Below, in pieces: positions 54,607-64,000 of a DNA stretch of 64,000 nt (position 1 is its first letter; each line of letters starts with the position of its first letter). The notes under the pieces are model-generated. The model was not told where the DNA came from. It did no database searches and saw nothing but the letters and a program-made list of their open reading frames with translations. The translations under genes and the position numbers were made by a program. Source of the DNA: Actinomycetota bacterium (lineage in GTDB: Bacteria; Actinomycetota; Geothermincolia; Geothermincolales; RBG-13-55-18); NCBI GenBank assembly GCA_014360685.1, contig JACIXB010000016.1:253586-317585 (forward strand), read 5' to 3'.

Positions 54607-56387
54607 GCGGCAACGGGAGGACCAAGCTGGTACTGGGCTACGGGACCTGCGGGATCGCCGCCGGGGCCGCCGCGGTCAAGGAGGCCCTGGAGAGGGAGGT
54701 CTCGGCGGGTGGCTACGACCTGGACCTGGACATCGCCGGCTGCATGGGGTTCTGCTTCCGGGAGCCCATCGTGGAGGTCTTCTATCCCGACGGTAAGTCG
54801 GTGGTCTACGGGGACCTTAACCCCAAGAAAGTCCCCCAACTCCTCCAGGCGGCCGCCTCCGGGGAGGTCCTGGAGGACTGGGTGGTGCGGCGCAGCGACG
54901 ATACCGCCGCCGGGGAGGGGGACTTCCTGGCTAACCAGCACCGCATCGTGCTGCGCAACTGCGGCAACATCAACCCGGAGAGCATCGACGAGTACATCGC
55001 GGTGGGAGGCTACGAGGCGGCGCGCAAGGCCCTGACCAACATGACCCCGGAGGAGGTCATCGACGAGGTGAGCAGGTCGGGGCTGCGGGGCCGAGGGGGA
55101 GCCGGCTTCCCCACCGGGACTAAGTGGGGTTTCGCCCGCAAGGCCAGGGGGGACCAGAAGTACCTGGTGTGCAACGCCGACGAGGGCGACCCGGGGGCCT
55201 TCATGGACCGTTCCGTCCTGGAGGGGGACCCGCACGCGGTCATCGAGGGCATGATCATCGCCGGGTATGCCATCGGGGCCACCCAGGGCTACATCTATTG
55301 CCGCGCGGAGTACCCCCTGGCCCTGAAACGCCTGGAGATCGCCATTACCGCTTGCCGGGAGCGCGGCTTCCTCGGGGAAAGGATATTCGGCACCGACTGG
55401 AACTTCGACATCAAGATCAAGAAGGGAGCCGGGGCCTTCGTTTGCGGGGAGGAGACGGCCCTCATCGCCAGCATCGAGGGCAAGCGGGGCATGCCCCGGC
55501 CGCGGCCTCCCTTCCCGGCCAACGAAGGCCTGTGGGGCAAGCCCACCAACATCAACAACGTGGAGACCCTGGCCGCCGTGTCCTGGATCATAGCCAACGG
55601 GGGCGACAAGTACGCGGAACTGGGCACGGAGAAGAGCAAGGGGACCAAGGTCTTCTGCTTGGCGGGCAAGGTGCGCCGCAGCGGCCTGGCCGAGGTCCCC
55701 ATGGGATACACCCTGCGCCAGGTCATCTTCGACGTGGGCGGGGGCGTGCGCGAGGGCAAGGAGTTCAAGGCCGTGCAGCTGGGAGGCCCTTCCGGGGGAT
55801 GCCTGCCCGCCAGCCTACTGGACACCCCGGTGGACTACGAGGCCATCACCGCCACCGGGGCCATCATGGGCTCGGGAGGGATGATCGTCGCCGATTCCTC
55901 CACCTGCATGGTGGACCTGGCCCGTTACTTCCTCTCCTTCACCCAGGCGGAGTCCTGCGGGAAGTGCGTCCCCTGCCGCCTGGGCACCAAGCGCATGCTG
56001 GAGATACTCACCCGCATCTGCGAGGGGAAGGGGGAACCGGAGGACCTGGAGAGGCTGGAGGTGCTGGCCGCGGACATAAAGGCGGCCAGCCTCTGTGCCC
56101 TGGGGGGGACGGCCCCCAACCCGGTGCTCACCACCCTCAAGTACTTCCGCAACGAGTACGAGGACCACATCTTCAATCGGAAATGCACGGCGGGGGTCTG
56201 TCCCGCCCTGATCACGGTGAAGATAAACCAGGATATTTGCACCGGGTGCGGCGCCTGCGCCAGGATCTGCCCGGTGGAGGCCATCTCGGGGGAGAAGAAG
56301 GAGCCCCATTCCATCGACCCCGATACGTGCATAAGGTGCAAGTTGTGCCTCAGCCGCTGCCCGGAAGAGGCCATTTACGCGGAATGA
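54603..56387 (+). CDS. NuoF/HydB-like NADH/FMN subunit with N-terminal thioredoxin-like Fe-S domain and C-terminal 2x[4Fe-4S]
   Basis: GLRGRGGAGFPTG, NADEGDPGAFMDR, GAFVCGEETAL, ESCGKC.PCR and two CxxCxxCxxxCP motifs. ATGA overlap with the upstream gene. Confidence 0.93.
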   Translation: MSGNGRTKLVLGYGTCGIAAGAAAVKEALEREVSAGGYDLDLDIAGCMGFCFREPIVEVFYPDGKSVVYGDLNPKKVPQLLQAAASGEVLEDWVVRRSDDTAAGEGDFLANQHRIVLRNCGNINPESIDEYIAVGGYEAARKALTNMTPEEVIDEVSRSGLRGRGGAGFPTGTKWGFARKARGDQKYLVCNADEGDPGAFMDRSVLEGDPHAVIEGMIIAGYAIGATQGYIYCRAEYPLALKRLEIAITACRERGFLGERIFGTDWNFDIKIKKGAGAFVCGEETALIASIEGKRGMPRPRPPFPANEGLWGKPTNINNVETLAAVSWIIANGGDKYAELGTEKSKGTKVFCLAGKVRRSGLAEVPMGYTLRQVIFDVGGGVREGKEFKAVQLGGPSGGCLPASLLDTPVDYEAITATGAIMGSGGMIVADSSTCMVDLARYFLSFTQAESCGKCVPCRLGTKRMLEILTRICEGKGEPEDLERLEVLAADIKAASLCALGGTAPNPVLTTLKYFRNEYEDHIFNRKCTAGVCPALITVKINQDICTGCGACARICPVEAISGEKKEPHSIDPDTCIRCKLCLSRCPEEAIYAE

Positions 56388-56397
56388 GGAGGTCGGG

Positions 56398-59124
56398 ATG
56401 GAGCAGGTACGCTTGAACATCGACGGCGTGGACGTGGTCACCACCCCCGACCGCACCATCCTGGAGGCGGCGCGGGAAGCCGGGATACGCATCCCCAGCC
56501 TCTGCTACGACCAGCGCATGGACCCCTTTGGCGCCTGCCGCATCTGCATCGTGGAGGTGGAGGGAGCGCGGGGACTTCTGCCCGCCTGCGCCACCAGGGT
56601 CACCGACGGCATGGTGGTGCGCACGAACACCGAGGAACTGCGCCGCATCCGGCGCACCATCGTCGAGCTGCTCCTATCCGACCATCCCCGGGACTGCATG
56701 ACCTGCGAAAGCGCCGGGAATTGCGAGCTGCAGGACCTGGCCTACGAGTACGGGGTCAAGGAGACGCGCTTTCCCGGGGAGGAGCACCACTACGAGGCGC
56801 TGGCCGACAATCCCCTCATCGAGAGGGATTACACCAAGTGCGTCCTCTGCGGCCGCTGCATCCGCATCTGCCGCGAGGTGCAGGGGGTGGGGGTCTATGA
56901 TTTCGTGAACCGGGGCTTCGAGGCCGTTCCCGGCACCCCCTATAACCGCCCGCTGACCGAGACCCCCTGCGAGTTCTGCGGGCAGTGCGTGTCCACCTGC
57001 CCTACCGGGGCCATCATTTCCATACCCTCCAAGGGCAAGGGGAGGCCTTGGCAGGTGGAGAAAGTGCGCACCACCTGCCCCTACTGCGGGTGCGGATGCC
57101 AGATCGACCTGCACGTGCGGGACGGCGAGATCATCGAGGTCTCCTCCCCGGTGATGGTGGGACCGGGGCAGGGCAACCTGTGCGTCAAGGGCCGCTACGG
57201 TTACGCCTTCGTCCACCACCCGGACCGTCTTACCACCCCCCTGGTGAGGAAGGACGGGGAACTGGTCCCCGCCTCCTGGGAGGAAGCACTGGGTATGGTC
57301 GCCGAACGCATCCGGGGAGCCATGGACGACAAGGGCCCGGACGCGGTGGCCTTCCTCAGCTCGGCCCGCTGCACCAACGAGGAGAATTACCTGCTGCAGA
57401 AGCTGGCCCGCGCGGTGGTCGGCACCAACAACGTCGACCACTGCGCACGCTTATGACACAGCTCCACGGTCGCCGGTCTGGCGACGGCTTTCGGGAGCGG
57501 GGCCATGACCAACTCCATCGACGACCTGGAGAAGGCGGAGTGCATCCTGGTCATCGGCTCCAACACCACCGAGGGGCACCCCATCGTGGGCCTGCGCATC
57601 AAGAAGGCGGTGATGAAAAACGACTGCAGGCTCATCGTGGCCGAGCCCCGGCATATCCGCCTGTGCTACTACGCCGACCAGTGGCTGCGCCACCGGCCGG
57701 GCACCGACGTGGCCCTGCTCAACGGGATGATGAACGTGATCCTCTCCGAGGGACTGGCCGACGAGGAGTTCATCCGCGAGCGCACCGAGGGCTTCGAGGA
57801 GTTCCGGAAGGTCGTGGAGCAGTATCCGCCGGAGAGGGCGGCGGAGATATGCGGGGTGGAGGCGGAGGAAATCAGGCGCGCGGCGCGCACCTTCGCCCGG
57901 GCCTCCTCCGCGGCCATCGTCTACGCCATGGGCATAACCCAGCACACCACCGGGGTGGACAACGTCCTCTCCCTGGCCAACCTGGCCATGCTCACCGGGA
58001 ACCTGGGCAAGGAGGGCGCGGGAGTGAACCCGCTGCGGGGGCAGAACAACGTGCAGGGAGCCTGCGACATGGGAGCCCTGCCCAACGTCTTCACCGGCTA
58101 CCAGCCCGTGTCCGACCCCCAGGTCAGGAAGAAGTTCGAGAAGGCCTGGGGCGTGGATTACCTTCCCGGCAACCCGGGCCTGACCATCATGGAGATGGTG
58201 GACGCCGTACTGCGCGGCGAGGTGAAAGTGCTCTACATCATGGGGGAGAATCCGCTCCTCTCCGACCCGGATATCAGGCACCTGAAAGAGGCCCTGGAGA
58301 AGGTGGACTTCCTGGTGGTCCAGGACATCTTCCTCACTGAGACGGCGCGTTACGCCGACGTGGTGCTCCCCGCCGCCTCCTTCGCCGAGAAGGAGGGCAC
58401 CTTCACCAACACCGACCGCCGCGTGCAGAGGGTGCGCAAGGCGGTGGAGCCGCCCGGGGAGGCCAGGGAGGATTCCTGGATCATCGCCCAGGTGGCCTCC
58501 AGGCTGGGATACGAGATGGGGGACGTGTCCGCTCCGGCGGTTATGGAAGAGATTGCCAGCCTGACCCCTTCCTATGCCGGGATCTCCTACCGCCGGCTGG
58601 AGGAGCTGGGCGAGCTGCGCTGGCCCTGCCCCTCTCCCGACCATCCCGGTACCCCCATTCTCCATGTGGATAAATTTACCAGGGGAAAGGGGAGGTTCAG
58701 CCCGGTGGAGTACAAGCCCCCGGCCGAGGAACCGGACGCCGATTATCCGCTGGTCCTCACCACGGGGCGGTTGCTACACCACTACCATACCGGCTCCATG
58801 ACCCGTCGAGTAAAGCCGCTGAACGAGCTGGTTCCCGAGAACCGGGTATGGATGAACCCCGAGGACGCGAAGAGGCTGGGGGTGGCCGCCGGGGAGGAGG
58901 TGGCCGTGGAATCCAGGCGGGGAGCCATAAGGGTCAGGGCCCGGGTGACCGAGAAGGTGCCCCCGGGCGTGGTTTTCATTCCCTTCCACTTCGGGGAGTC
59001 CCCGGCCAACGCCCTGACCAATCCGGCCCTGGATCCCGTGGCCAAGATCCCGGAATACAAGGTGGCCTCCGTGCGCATCGTGACCGGGGAGGCCATGGAG
59101 AGCCTGGAATACGTCACCGTTTGA
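56398..59124 (+). CDS. fdhF: selenocysteine-containing Mo/W formate dehydrogenase alpha subunit (908 aa) with N-terminal NuoG/HydA-like Fe-S module
   Basis: The two track ORFs (56398-57456 and 57505-59124) are in one frame, joined by TGA 57454-57456 in DHCARL-U-HSSTV, the canonical Sec position. LRGQNNVQG follows downstream. Confidence 0.95.
57454..57485 (+). promoter_or_regulatory. bacterial SECIS element
   Basis: TGA, 12 nt, then the hairpin GTCGCC-GGTCT-GGCGAC (57469-57485), similar to the E. coli fdhF SECIS geometry. Confidence 0.85.
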
Positions 59125-59287
59125 TGCTCCGGAGGAAAGAAAGAGGGGCCGGTCATGCGTTTATCCCCAACGGATTGGGTGATAGAATAATAGCCGACCG
59201 TGGCGCCAAGCGACGGGGAGCGGCGTTTCGGAAAGCGAAGTTCCGAAAGGGGTCTCCAGGATTGGGTAGAGACGGGAGAGATGAAAC

Positions 59288-60799
59288 ATGAATCTATACC
59301 AGAATCTCGTGAGGACGACGGAGCGCGATCCCGACGCTACGGCCCTCTACTTCGGGCACGAGACCATCACCTATGGTGAACTTCTGTCCCGGGTCAATCG
59401 GCTGGCCAACGCCCTTCGCGAGCTGGGAATAGGGGGGGATTCCAAGGTGGCCATCCTCCTGCGCAACGTACCCGAGTTCGTCATCTCCTACTACGCCACG
59501 CTGGCCCTGGGTGCGGTGGTGGTGCCCCTGTGCTACATGTGCCTGGCCGAGGAAGTGGAGAAGATCGTCTGTGATTCCAAGGTGGAGACCCTGATCACCA
59601 ATTTCGAGTTCAACGATATGGTCAAGGAGTTGCAGGGATCCATGTGCTCGCAGATCAGCCGCATCATCGTCAGCGAGGCACCGGAGCTTGAGGGGGTAAT
59701 CCAGTACGAGAAACTCCTGGAGAGCGGTTCCGACCGCCTGGAGGGCGTGGACCGCTCCGAGGACGACGTGGCCGCCCTCCTCTACGCCCCCACCTCCTCC
59801 AAGGTGGTCCGGGGGTGCATGCTCACCCACGGCAATCTTGTCTGGAACGCGTCAACGGTGGCCAAACTTTGCAAACTGACAACCCAAGACGTAGTGATGG
59901 GTGTATTATCCTTTTTCGCCGCCTACGGCCAGAGCTGCGTGATGAACGCCTCCATCTACGCGGGGTGCAGTATCGTCCTTCACGAGTCCTTCATCCCCGG
60001 GGAGGTACTCAAGTCCCTCCAGCACGAGCAGGTCACCGTGTTTATGGGCGTCCCCACCATGTACGTCTACATCCTCAACCATCCCCTCATCTACCAGTAC
60101 GACTTGGGCTCGGTGAGGTTGTGGATCTGTGGCGGCGCTCCTTTTCCGCGCGAAGTCATGGAGCGCTGGAATAATGAGCTGGGAGCCCGCATCTACGAGG
60201 GTTACGGGCTGACCGAGGCTGCCCCGCTGGTAACCATGCAGCCCCTGGAAGGAACCTACAAGATAGGCTCCATAGGTGTTCCACCGGAGGACGTGGAGGT
60301 CAAGGTGGTGGACGAGGAGGGGAAGGAGCTGGAGAGGGGAGAGGTGGGAGAGCTCATCGTCCGCGGCCCCAACGTGATGAAGGGCTATTACAACAAGCCG
60401 GAGGAGACGGCCAAGGTCCTCAAGGACGGCTGGTTGTACACCGGGGACATGGTGTATATGGACAGCGACGGTTACCTGTTCATCGTGGGACGCAAGAAGG
60501 ACCTCATCATCCGGGGAGGCTTTAACATCTATCCACGGGAGATCGAGGAGATCCTGGTGTCCCATCCCCTCATCTCCGAGGCCGCGGTGGTGGGGGTGCC
60601 CAACAAGTACCTGGGCGAGGAGGTCAAGGCCTACGTAAAGCTCAAGCCCGGGTCCAGCCTCACCGAGGAACAGGTCCTCGAATACTGCGAAGAGAAACTG
60701 CCCTATTACAAGACCCCCAAGTTCGTGGTCTTCGTCAATTCCTTCAAGAAGGACCCCTCGGGACAGATCCTCAAGGACCTCATCGAGGAGGAGGGCTGA
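59288..60799 (+). CDS. long-chain acyl-CoA ligase-like AMP-binding protein with altered catalytic motifs
   Basis: YGLTE, GELIVRGPNVMKGYY, TGD and RKKDLIIRGGFNIYPREIE are conserved. The P-loop reads YAPTSSKVVRG and A10 reads SGQILK. Confidence 0.85.
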   Translation: MNLYQNLVRTTERDPDATALYFGHETITYGELLSRVNRLANALRELGIGGDSKVAILLRNVPEFVISYYATLALGAVVVPLCYMCLAEEVEKIVCDSKVETLITNFEFNDMVKELQGSMCSQISRIIVSEAPELEGVIQYEKLLESGSDRLEGVDRSEDDVAALLYAPTSSKVVRGCMLTHGNLVWNASTVAKLCKLTTQDVVMGVLSFFAAYGQSCVMNASIYAGCSIVLHESFIPGEVLKSLQHEQVTVFMGVPTMYVYILNHPLIYQYDLGSVRLWICGGAPFPREVMERWNNELGARIYEGYGLTEAAPLVTMQPLEGTYKIGSIGVPPEDVEVKVVDEEGKELERGEVGELIVRGPNVMKGYYNKPEETAKVLKDGWLYTGDMVYMDSDGYLFIVGRKKDLIIRGGFNIYPREIEEILVSHPLISEAAVVGVPNKYLGEEVKAYVKLKPGSSLTEEQVLEYCEEKLPYYKTPKFVVFVNSFKKDPSGQILKDLIEEEG

Positions 60800-60941
60800 A
60801 AAAACGCCGCGGGGATAGGCGGATAGCCCCTCCGTAAATCGCCGGGGAGTTCGAGGCCTCTTCCAGTTCACGCCGGCAGCGGCGAAGGCCTTGAAGAGCT
60901 TCCCGGAAGGACTTCCAGTGGATACCGTGTATAATTGGGGC

Positions 60942-61571
60942 ATGCAAGGCTCCCTTGTCGACCGGGTGCTGGATTTTTTCATGCCCCTCTTCTCCTACTG
61001 GGGTTACGCCATCGTCTTCGGAGGGGTGTTTCTGGAGAGCCTCTTTCTCACCGGGTGGATCGCTCCCGGCACCACGGTACTGCTCCTGGCCGGGTTCTAC
61101 GCCGCTCACGGAGAATTAAATCCCCTCATGGTCACCACCACCGCCGTGGTGGCCGCCCTGCTGGGTGACCTGATAGGCTTCTTCATCGGGCGCCGCCTGG
61201 GACGGGGCCTCATATCCAGGTACCGGGACCGGCCCCGGATAATGCGGGGCATGGACAGGGGCCAGAGGTATTTCCGCCGCTATGGGGGCCTGACCGTTAT
61301 CCTGGGCAGGATGCTCTCCGGGGTGGACGCCTTCATCCCGGTCACCGCGGGCATCAACCGGATGTCCCTCGGAGCCTACCTGGGTTTCGATATACCGGGC
61401 ATCGTCCTCTGGAGCGCCCTCTTCACCTGCCTGGGATATTTCCTGGGAACCCAATGGAGGACCATAGACCGCATCTTTGACGCCCTGGGCTGGGGCCTCC
61501 TGGTACTCCTGGCCGCGGTCGCCGCCGCCTGGTACCTGGCCTGGAGGAGGAAGGTCCGCCGCACGGCCTGA
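60942..61571 (+). CDS. DedA family membrane protein
   Basis: FLES...G..APG...LL.AG, LGD...F.IGR and YGG....GR. TATAAT 6 nt before ATG 60942. Confidence 0.88.
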   Translation: MQGSLVDRVLDFFMPLFSYWGYAIVFGGVFLESLFLTGWIAPGTTVLLLAGFYAAHGELNPLMVTTTAVVAALLGDLIGFFIGRRLGRGLISRYRDRPRIMRGMDRGQRYFRRYGGLTVILGRMLSGVDAFIPVTAGINRMSLGAYLGFDIPGIVLWSALFTCLGYFLGTQWRTIDRIFDALGWGLLVLLAAVAAAWYLAWRRKVRRTA

Positions 61572-61840
61572 CTCCCCCGGAATCGCTTCGCTCCTGGACG
61601 TATCCAGACGGCGCCTTGCCGTAGGCATCACCGCCATCTGCCGGCGGAAGGCGAGGGGAAGGCGGCGGCGCGCGTCCAGGGAGGGTCCACTCCCCGGGGA
61701 TACCTCTTCCACCGCGGGGAGAGGCGGGATACCGCATCGTTTCCGCGGGCACTTCACGGTTGAAAGGGAAGGAGGACCATCATCTCCTCGCGGCTGAAGG
61801 GGAAGAAAGCGAGGGAGCGGGGGGGCGACTCCGGACAGTT

Positions 61841-61882
61841 TTGCGAAGAGGTGGAGCCCATGTTAAAATACCGCCAATTTTA
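61841..61882 (+). promoter_or_regulatory. sigma70 promoter of the mrp/mbh-type operon with an overlapping palindrome
   Basis: TTGCGA-N17-TAAAAT with extended TG, and a TAAAAT-N7-ATTTTA inverted repeat at 61864-61882. Confidence 0.55.
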
Positions 61883-61935
61883 GGCGCCTCAGCGGGTGTC
61901 GATCCAGGTTTCGGGTACACATCGGGAGCAGGGAA

Positions 61936-62454
61936 TTGACCAGCGGTCGCGCATTCGGGAGCAAGCTGCTACTCTTCTTTCTCCTCCTCGTCTTCTGGGT
62001 CGTCCTCACCGCATCCCTGGCCCTGCACGAGCTGGTCATGGGCGCGGTGTGTGCGGCCTTCGTGGTGACCCTTACCGTCGCCCTGCTGGGCCGCGCCCTG
62101 GATCCCCGCATCACGCCGGGGGTTCTCCTGCGTCTCCCGGTCTTCATGGTCAGGCTGGTATGGGAGATCATCAAGGCCAACCTCAACGTGGCGGGCATCA
62201 TCCTCCACCCCCGTCTTCCCGTGGACCCCAGGATCGTGGAGTACCGCACCTATCTTCCGGGGGATCTTCCCCGCACGGTGTTCTCCGACTCCATCACCCT
62301 CACCCCGGGAACGGTGACCGTGGAGTTGAAGGGTGACGTGCTCAACGTCCACTGCCTGTGCCCCTACCACGAGGATGGACTCCCCGGGCTGGAGAGGCTG
62401 GTGGCCTGGCTCTTCGGAGTCAAGCCCCCCGGGGAGGTGAAAGGCGATGGATAA
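61936..62454 (+). CDS. mnhE: Na+/H+ antiporter subunit E (MrpE/MbhA-like)
   Basis: WEIIKANLNVA...P.IV and SITLTPGTVTV...L.VH. Confidence 0.9.
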   Translation: MTSGRAFGSKLLLFFLLLVFWVVLTASLALHELVMGAVCAAFVVTLTVALLGRALDPRITPGVLLRLPVFMVRLVWEIIKANLNVAGIILHPRLPVDPRIVEYRTYLPGDLPRTVFSDSITLTPGTVTVELKGDVLNVHCLCPYHEDGLPGLERLVAWLFGVKPPGEVKGDG

Positions 62455-62719
62455 GTTCCTCACCGCCGTGGCCCTGGTCATCGGCCTAAACGCCGTCATC
62501 TGCCTTTACCGGGCGGCGGTGGGGCCGACCACCCAGGACCGGGTGCTGGGGGTGAACATCGTGGGCACCAAAACCCTGGTGGTGGTCATCCTGGTAACCT
62601 ACATCCTGGCCGAGAACTACTTCCTGGACGTGGCCATCGTCTACGCCCTCCTGCTCTTCGTGGTCACCGTGGCCCTGTGCCGCTACCTGGAGGCGGAAGG
62701 CTGGAAGGAGGTGCGCTGA
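62447..62719 (+). CDS. mnhF: antiporter subunit F (MrpF/MbhB-like)
   Basis: YR...GPT..DRV and FLDVAIVYALL.F. Confidence 0.9.
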   Translation: MDKFLTAVALVIGLNAVICLYRAAVGPTTQDRVLGVNIVGTKTLVVVILVTYILAENYFLDVAIVYALLLFVVTVALCRYLEAEGWKEVR

Positions 62720-63048
62720 TGGCTGCCAGGGATATCGTGGCCGCGGTCTTCTGCTGCATCGGGACCTTCTTCTTCATCATCGGGACCACGGGGCTCATCC
62801 GCATGCCCGACCTCTTCACCCGCCTGCACCCCTCCACCAAGTGCGACACCCTGGGGGCCTGCTCGGTGATCCTGGGCATGGCGGTGCACAACGGGTGGTC
62901 CTGGGACCTCCTGAAGTTGGTGTTCATCATGTGTTTCCTGCTCCTTTCCAGCGCCACATGCGGACACGCCATCGGCCGCTCCGCGCTGCGCCGGAACATA
63001 CCCTATTGGAAGAAAAAGGAAGAGACGGAAGATGGGCACGGCGCTTAA
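62719..63048 (+). CDS. mnhG: antiporter subunit G (MrpG/MbhC-like)
   Basis: GLIRMPDLFTRLH..TKCDTLG and HAIGRSA. Confidence 0.9.
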   Translation: MAARDIVAAVFCCIGTFFFIIGTTGLIRMPDLFTRLHPSTKCDTLGACSVILGMAVHNGWSWDLLKLVFIMCFLLLSSATCGHAIGRSALRRNIPYWKKKEETEDGHGA

Positions 63049-63277
63049 CCTGGTACTCATCCTCCTCCTCCTGGCCACCGCCCTCCTGGCGGTCAACGCC
63101 CGGGACCTATTGGCGGCGGTGATCATCTTCTCGGTGTACAGCCTGATCATGGCCCTCATGTGGCAGAGGCTGCAGGCGCCTGACCTGGCCCTCACCGAGG
63201 CGGCGGTGGGAGCGGGGGTGACCACCGTCCTCTTCGTCATCACCATCTTTAAGACCCGAAGGAGGGAGGAGGAATGA
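63032..63277 (+). CDS. DUF4040/MbhD-like subunit
   Basis: RDLLAAVI...LQAPDLALTEAAVGAG. Confidence 0.88.
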   Translation: MGTALNLVLILLLLATALLAVNARDLLAAVIIFSVYSLIMALMWQRLQAPDLALTEAAVGAGVTTVLFVITIFKTRRREEE

Positions 63278-64000
63278 AGAAGGTCGTGGCCCTCCTCTTC
63301 ATCGTCGCCCTGGCCGTGCTCCTCCTCTACGTGGTGGCCAACATGCCGCCCATGGGGGACCCGGAGAACCCCACCGCCACCCACGTCATCTCCCGCTACC
63401 TGGAGAGGGCGGAGGAGGAGACCCACACCGAGAACGTGGTAACCGGGGTGATCCTCAATTACCGCGGCTACGACACCATGGGGGAGGTGACGGTCATCTT
63501 CTGTGCCCTGGCGGGAGTGCTGGCTGTACTGGGGAGGGAGAGGAGAGGTGTCATCCACGCCTTCGTGGACCGCTCGGAGGTGCCCTCCTCGGTCATCGTG
63601 AAGACCATGGTGCGCTTCGTGGTCCCCTTCATCATCCTCTTCTCCGTGTACACCATCCTCCACGGCGAGACCTCGCCGGGGGGCGGGTTCCAGGGTGGGG
63701 CCATCATCGGGGGGAGCATGATCATCTTCACCACCATCTTCGGGCTCTACGAGTCCTCGCGGAGGATACCTCTCAAGGTGCGGGCCTCCCTGGAGGGCGC
63801 GGCGGTGATGGGCTTCTTCCTGGTGGGGGCGCTGGGACTTCTGGGCGGAGGGAATTTCCTCACCTATGCCTGGCCCCGGGTGGCCCGCAGCCTGCAGCCC
63901 TCGCTGGTGGTCTGGCTCACCGTGCTGGTGGAGGTGGGCGTCGGCCTTGGAGGGGCCATGGTTCTCATCTCCATCCTCTTTGCCATGATAAGGGAGGAGG
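63274..64000 (+). CDS. mnhB: MbhE/MnhB-type subunit (runs off the window end; not in the ORF track)
   Basis: Manual translation MKKVVALLF...NVVTGVILNYRGYDTMGE...HGETSPGGGFQGG. ATGA overlap with the previous gene. Confidence 0.88.
   Translation, partial: MKKVVALLFIVALAVLLLYVVANMPPMGDPENPTATHVISRYLERAEEETHTENVVTGVILNYRGYDTMGEVTVIFCALAGVLAVLGRERRGVIHAFVDRSEVPSSVIVKTMVRFVVPFIILFSVYTILHGETSPGGGFQGGAIIGGSMIIFTTIFGLYESSRRIPLKVRASLEGAAVMGFFLVGALGLLGGGNFLTYAWPRVARSLQPSLVVWLTVLVEVGVGLGGAMVLISILFAMIREE

Noticed and set aside
56398..59124. fdh as a split gene or pseudogene
   Set aside because: The TGA is at the catalytic Sec position, the frame continues, and a SECIS hairpin follows.

Overview
High-GC chromosomal window from an anaerobic acetogen-type bacterium. 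It is probably a deep-branching actinobacterium such as Ca. Geothermincolia; this is inferred from GC content, apparent leaderless genes and mycobacteria-like glycan genes, and is not verified. I found no mobile elements, rRNA/tRNA genes or CRISPR array. Main blocks: (1) 1-10.5 kb: B12-radical SAM enzyme, a divergent acyl-CoA dehydrogenase, a glycyl radical enzyme of unknown substrate with its activase and a flavin split-barrel partner, and an FAD oxidoreductase. (2) 10.5-23 kb: rnfCDGEAB with divergent rseC, a pilin plus degenerate-GGDEF pair behind a sigma28/WhiG-like promoter, DUF2752/DUF4234, and a NusG-II/Gx-type ECF transporter whose S component is fused to the ATPase. (3) 23.3-31.8 kb: a cluster resembling the mycobacterial methylglucose-lipopolysaccharide locus (Rv3030/3031/3032/3034c/3038c-like) plus GalT and an ADP-forming acyl-CoA synthetase alpha subunit. 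(4) 36-59 kb: a complete Wood-Ljungdahl cluster (fhs, acsV/RACo, cooC, fchA, folD, acsD, acsA, acsB, acsC, metV, metF, core-MetE, lipA, acsE) followed by a NuoE/NuoF-coupled formate dehydrogenase with an in-frame UGA selenocysteine and SECIS. (5) An intact acyl-CoA ligase with altered P-loop and catalytic Lys replaced by Gln, DedA, and the start of an Mrp/Mbh-type operon. All family calls come from motif recognition by eye; no database searches were run.
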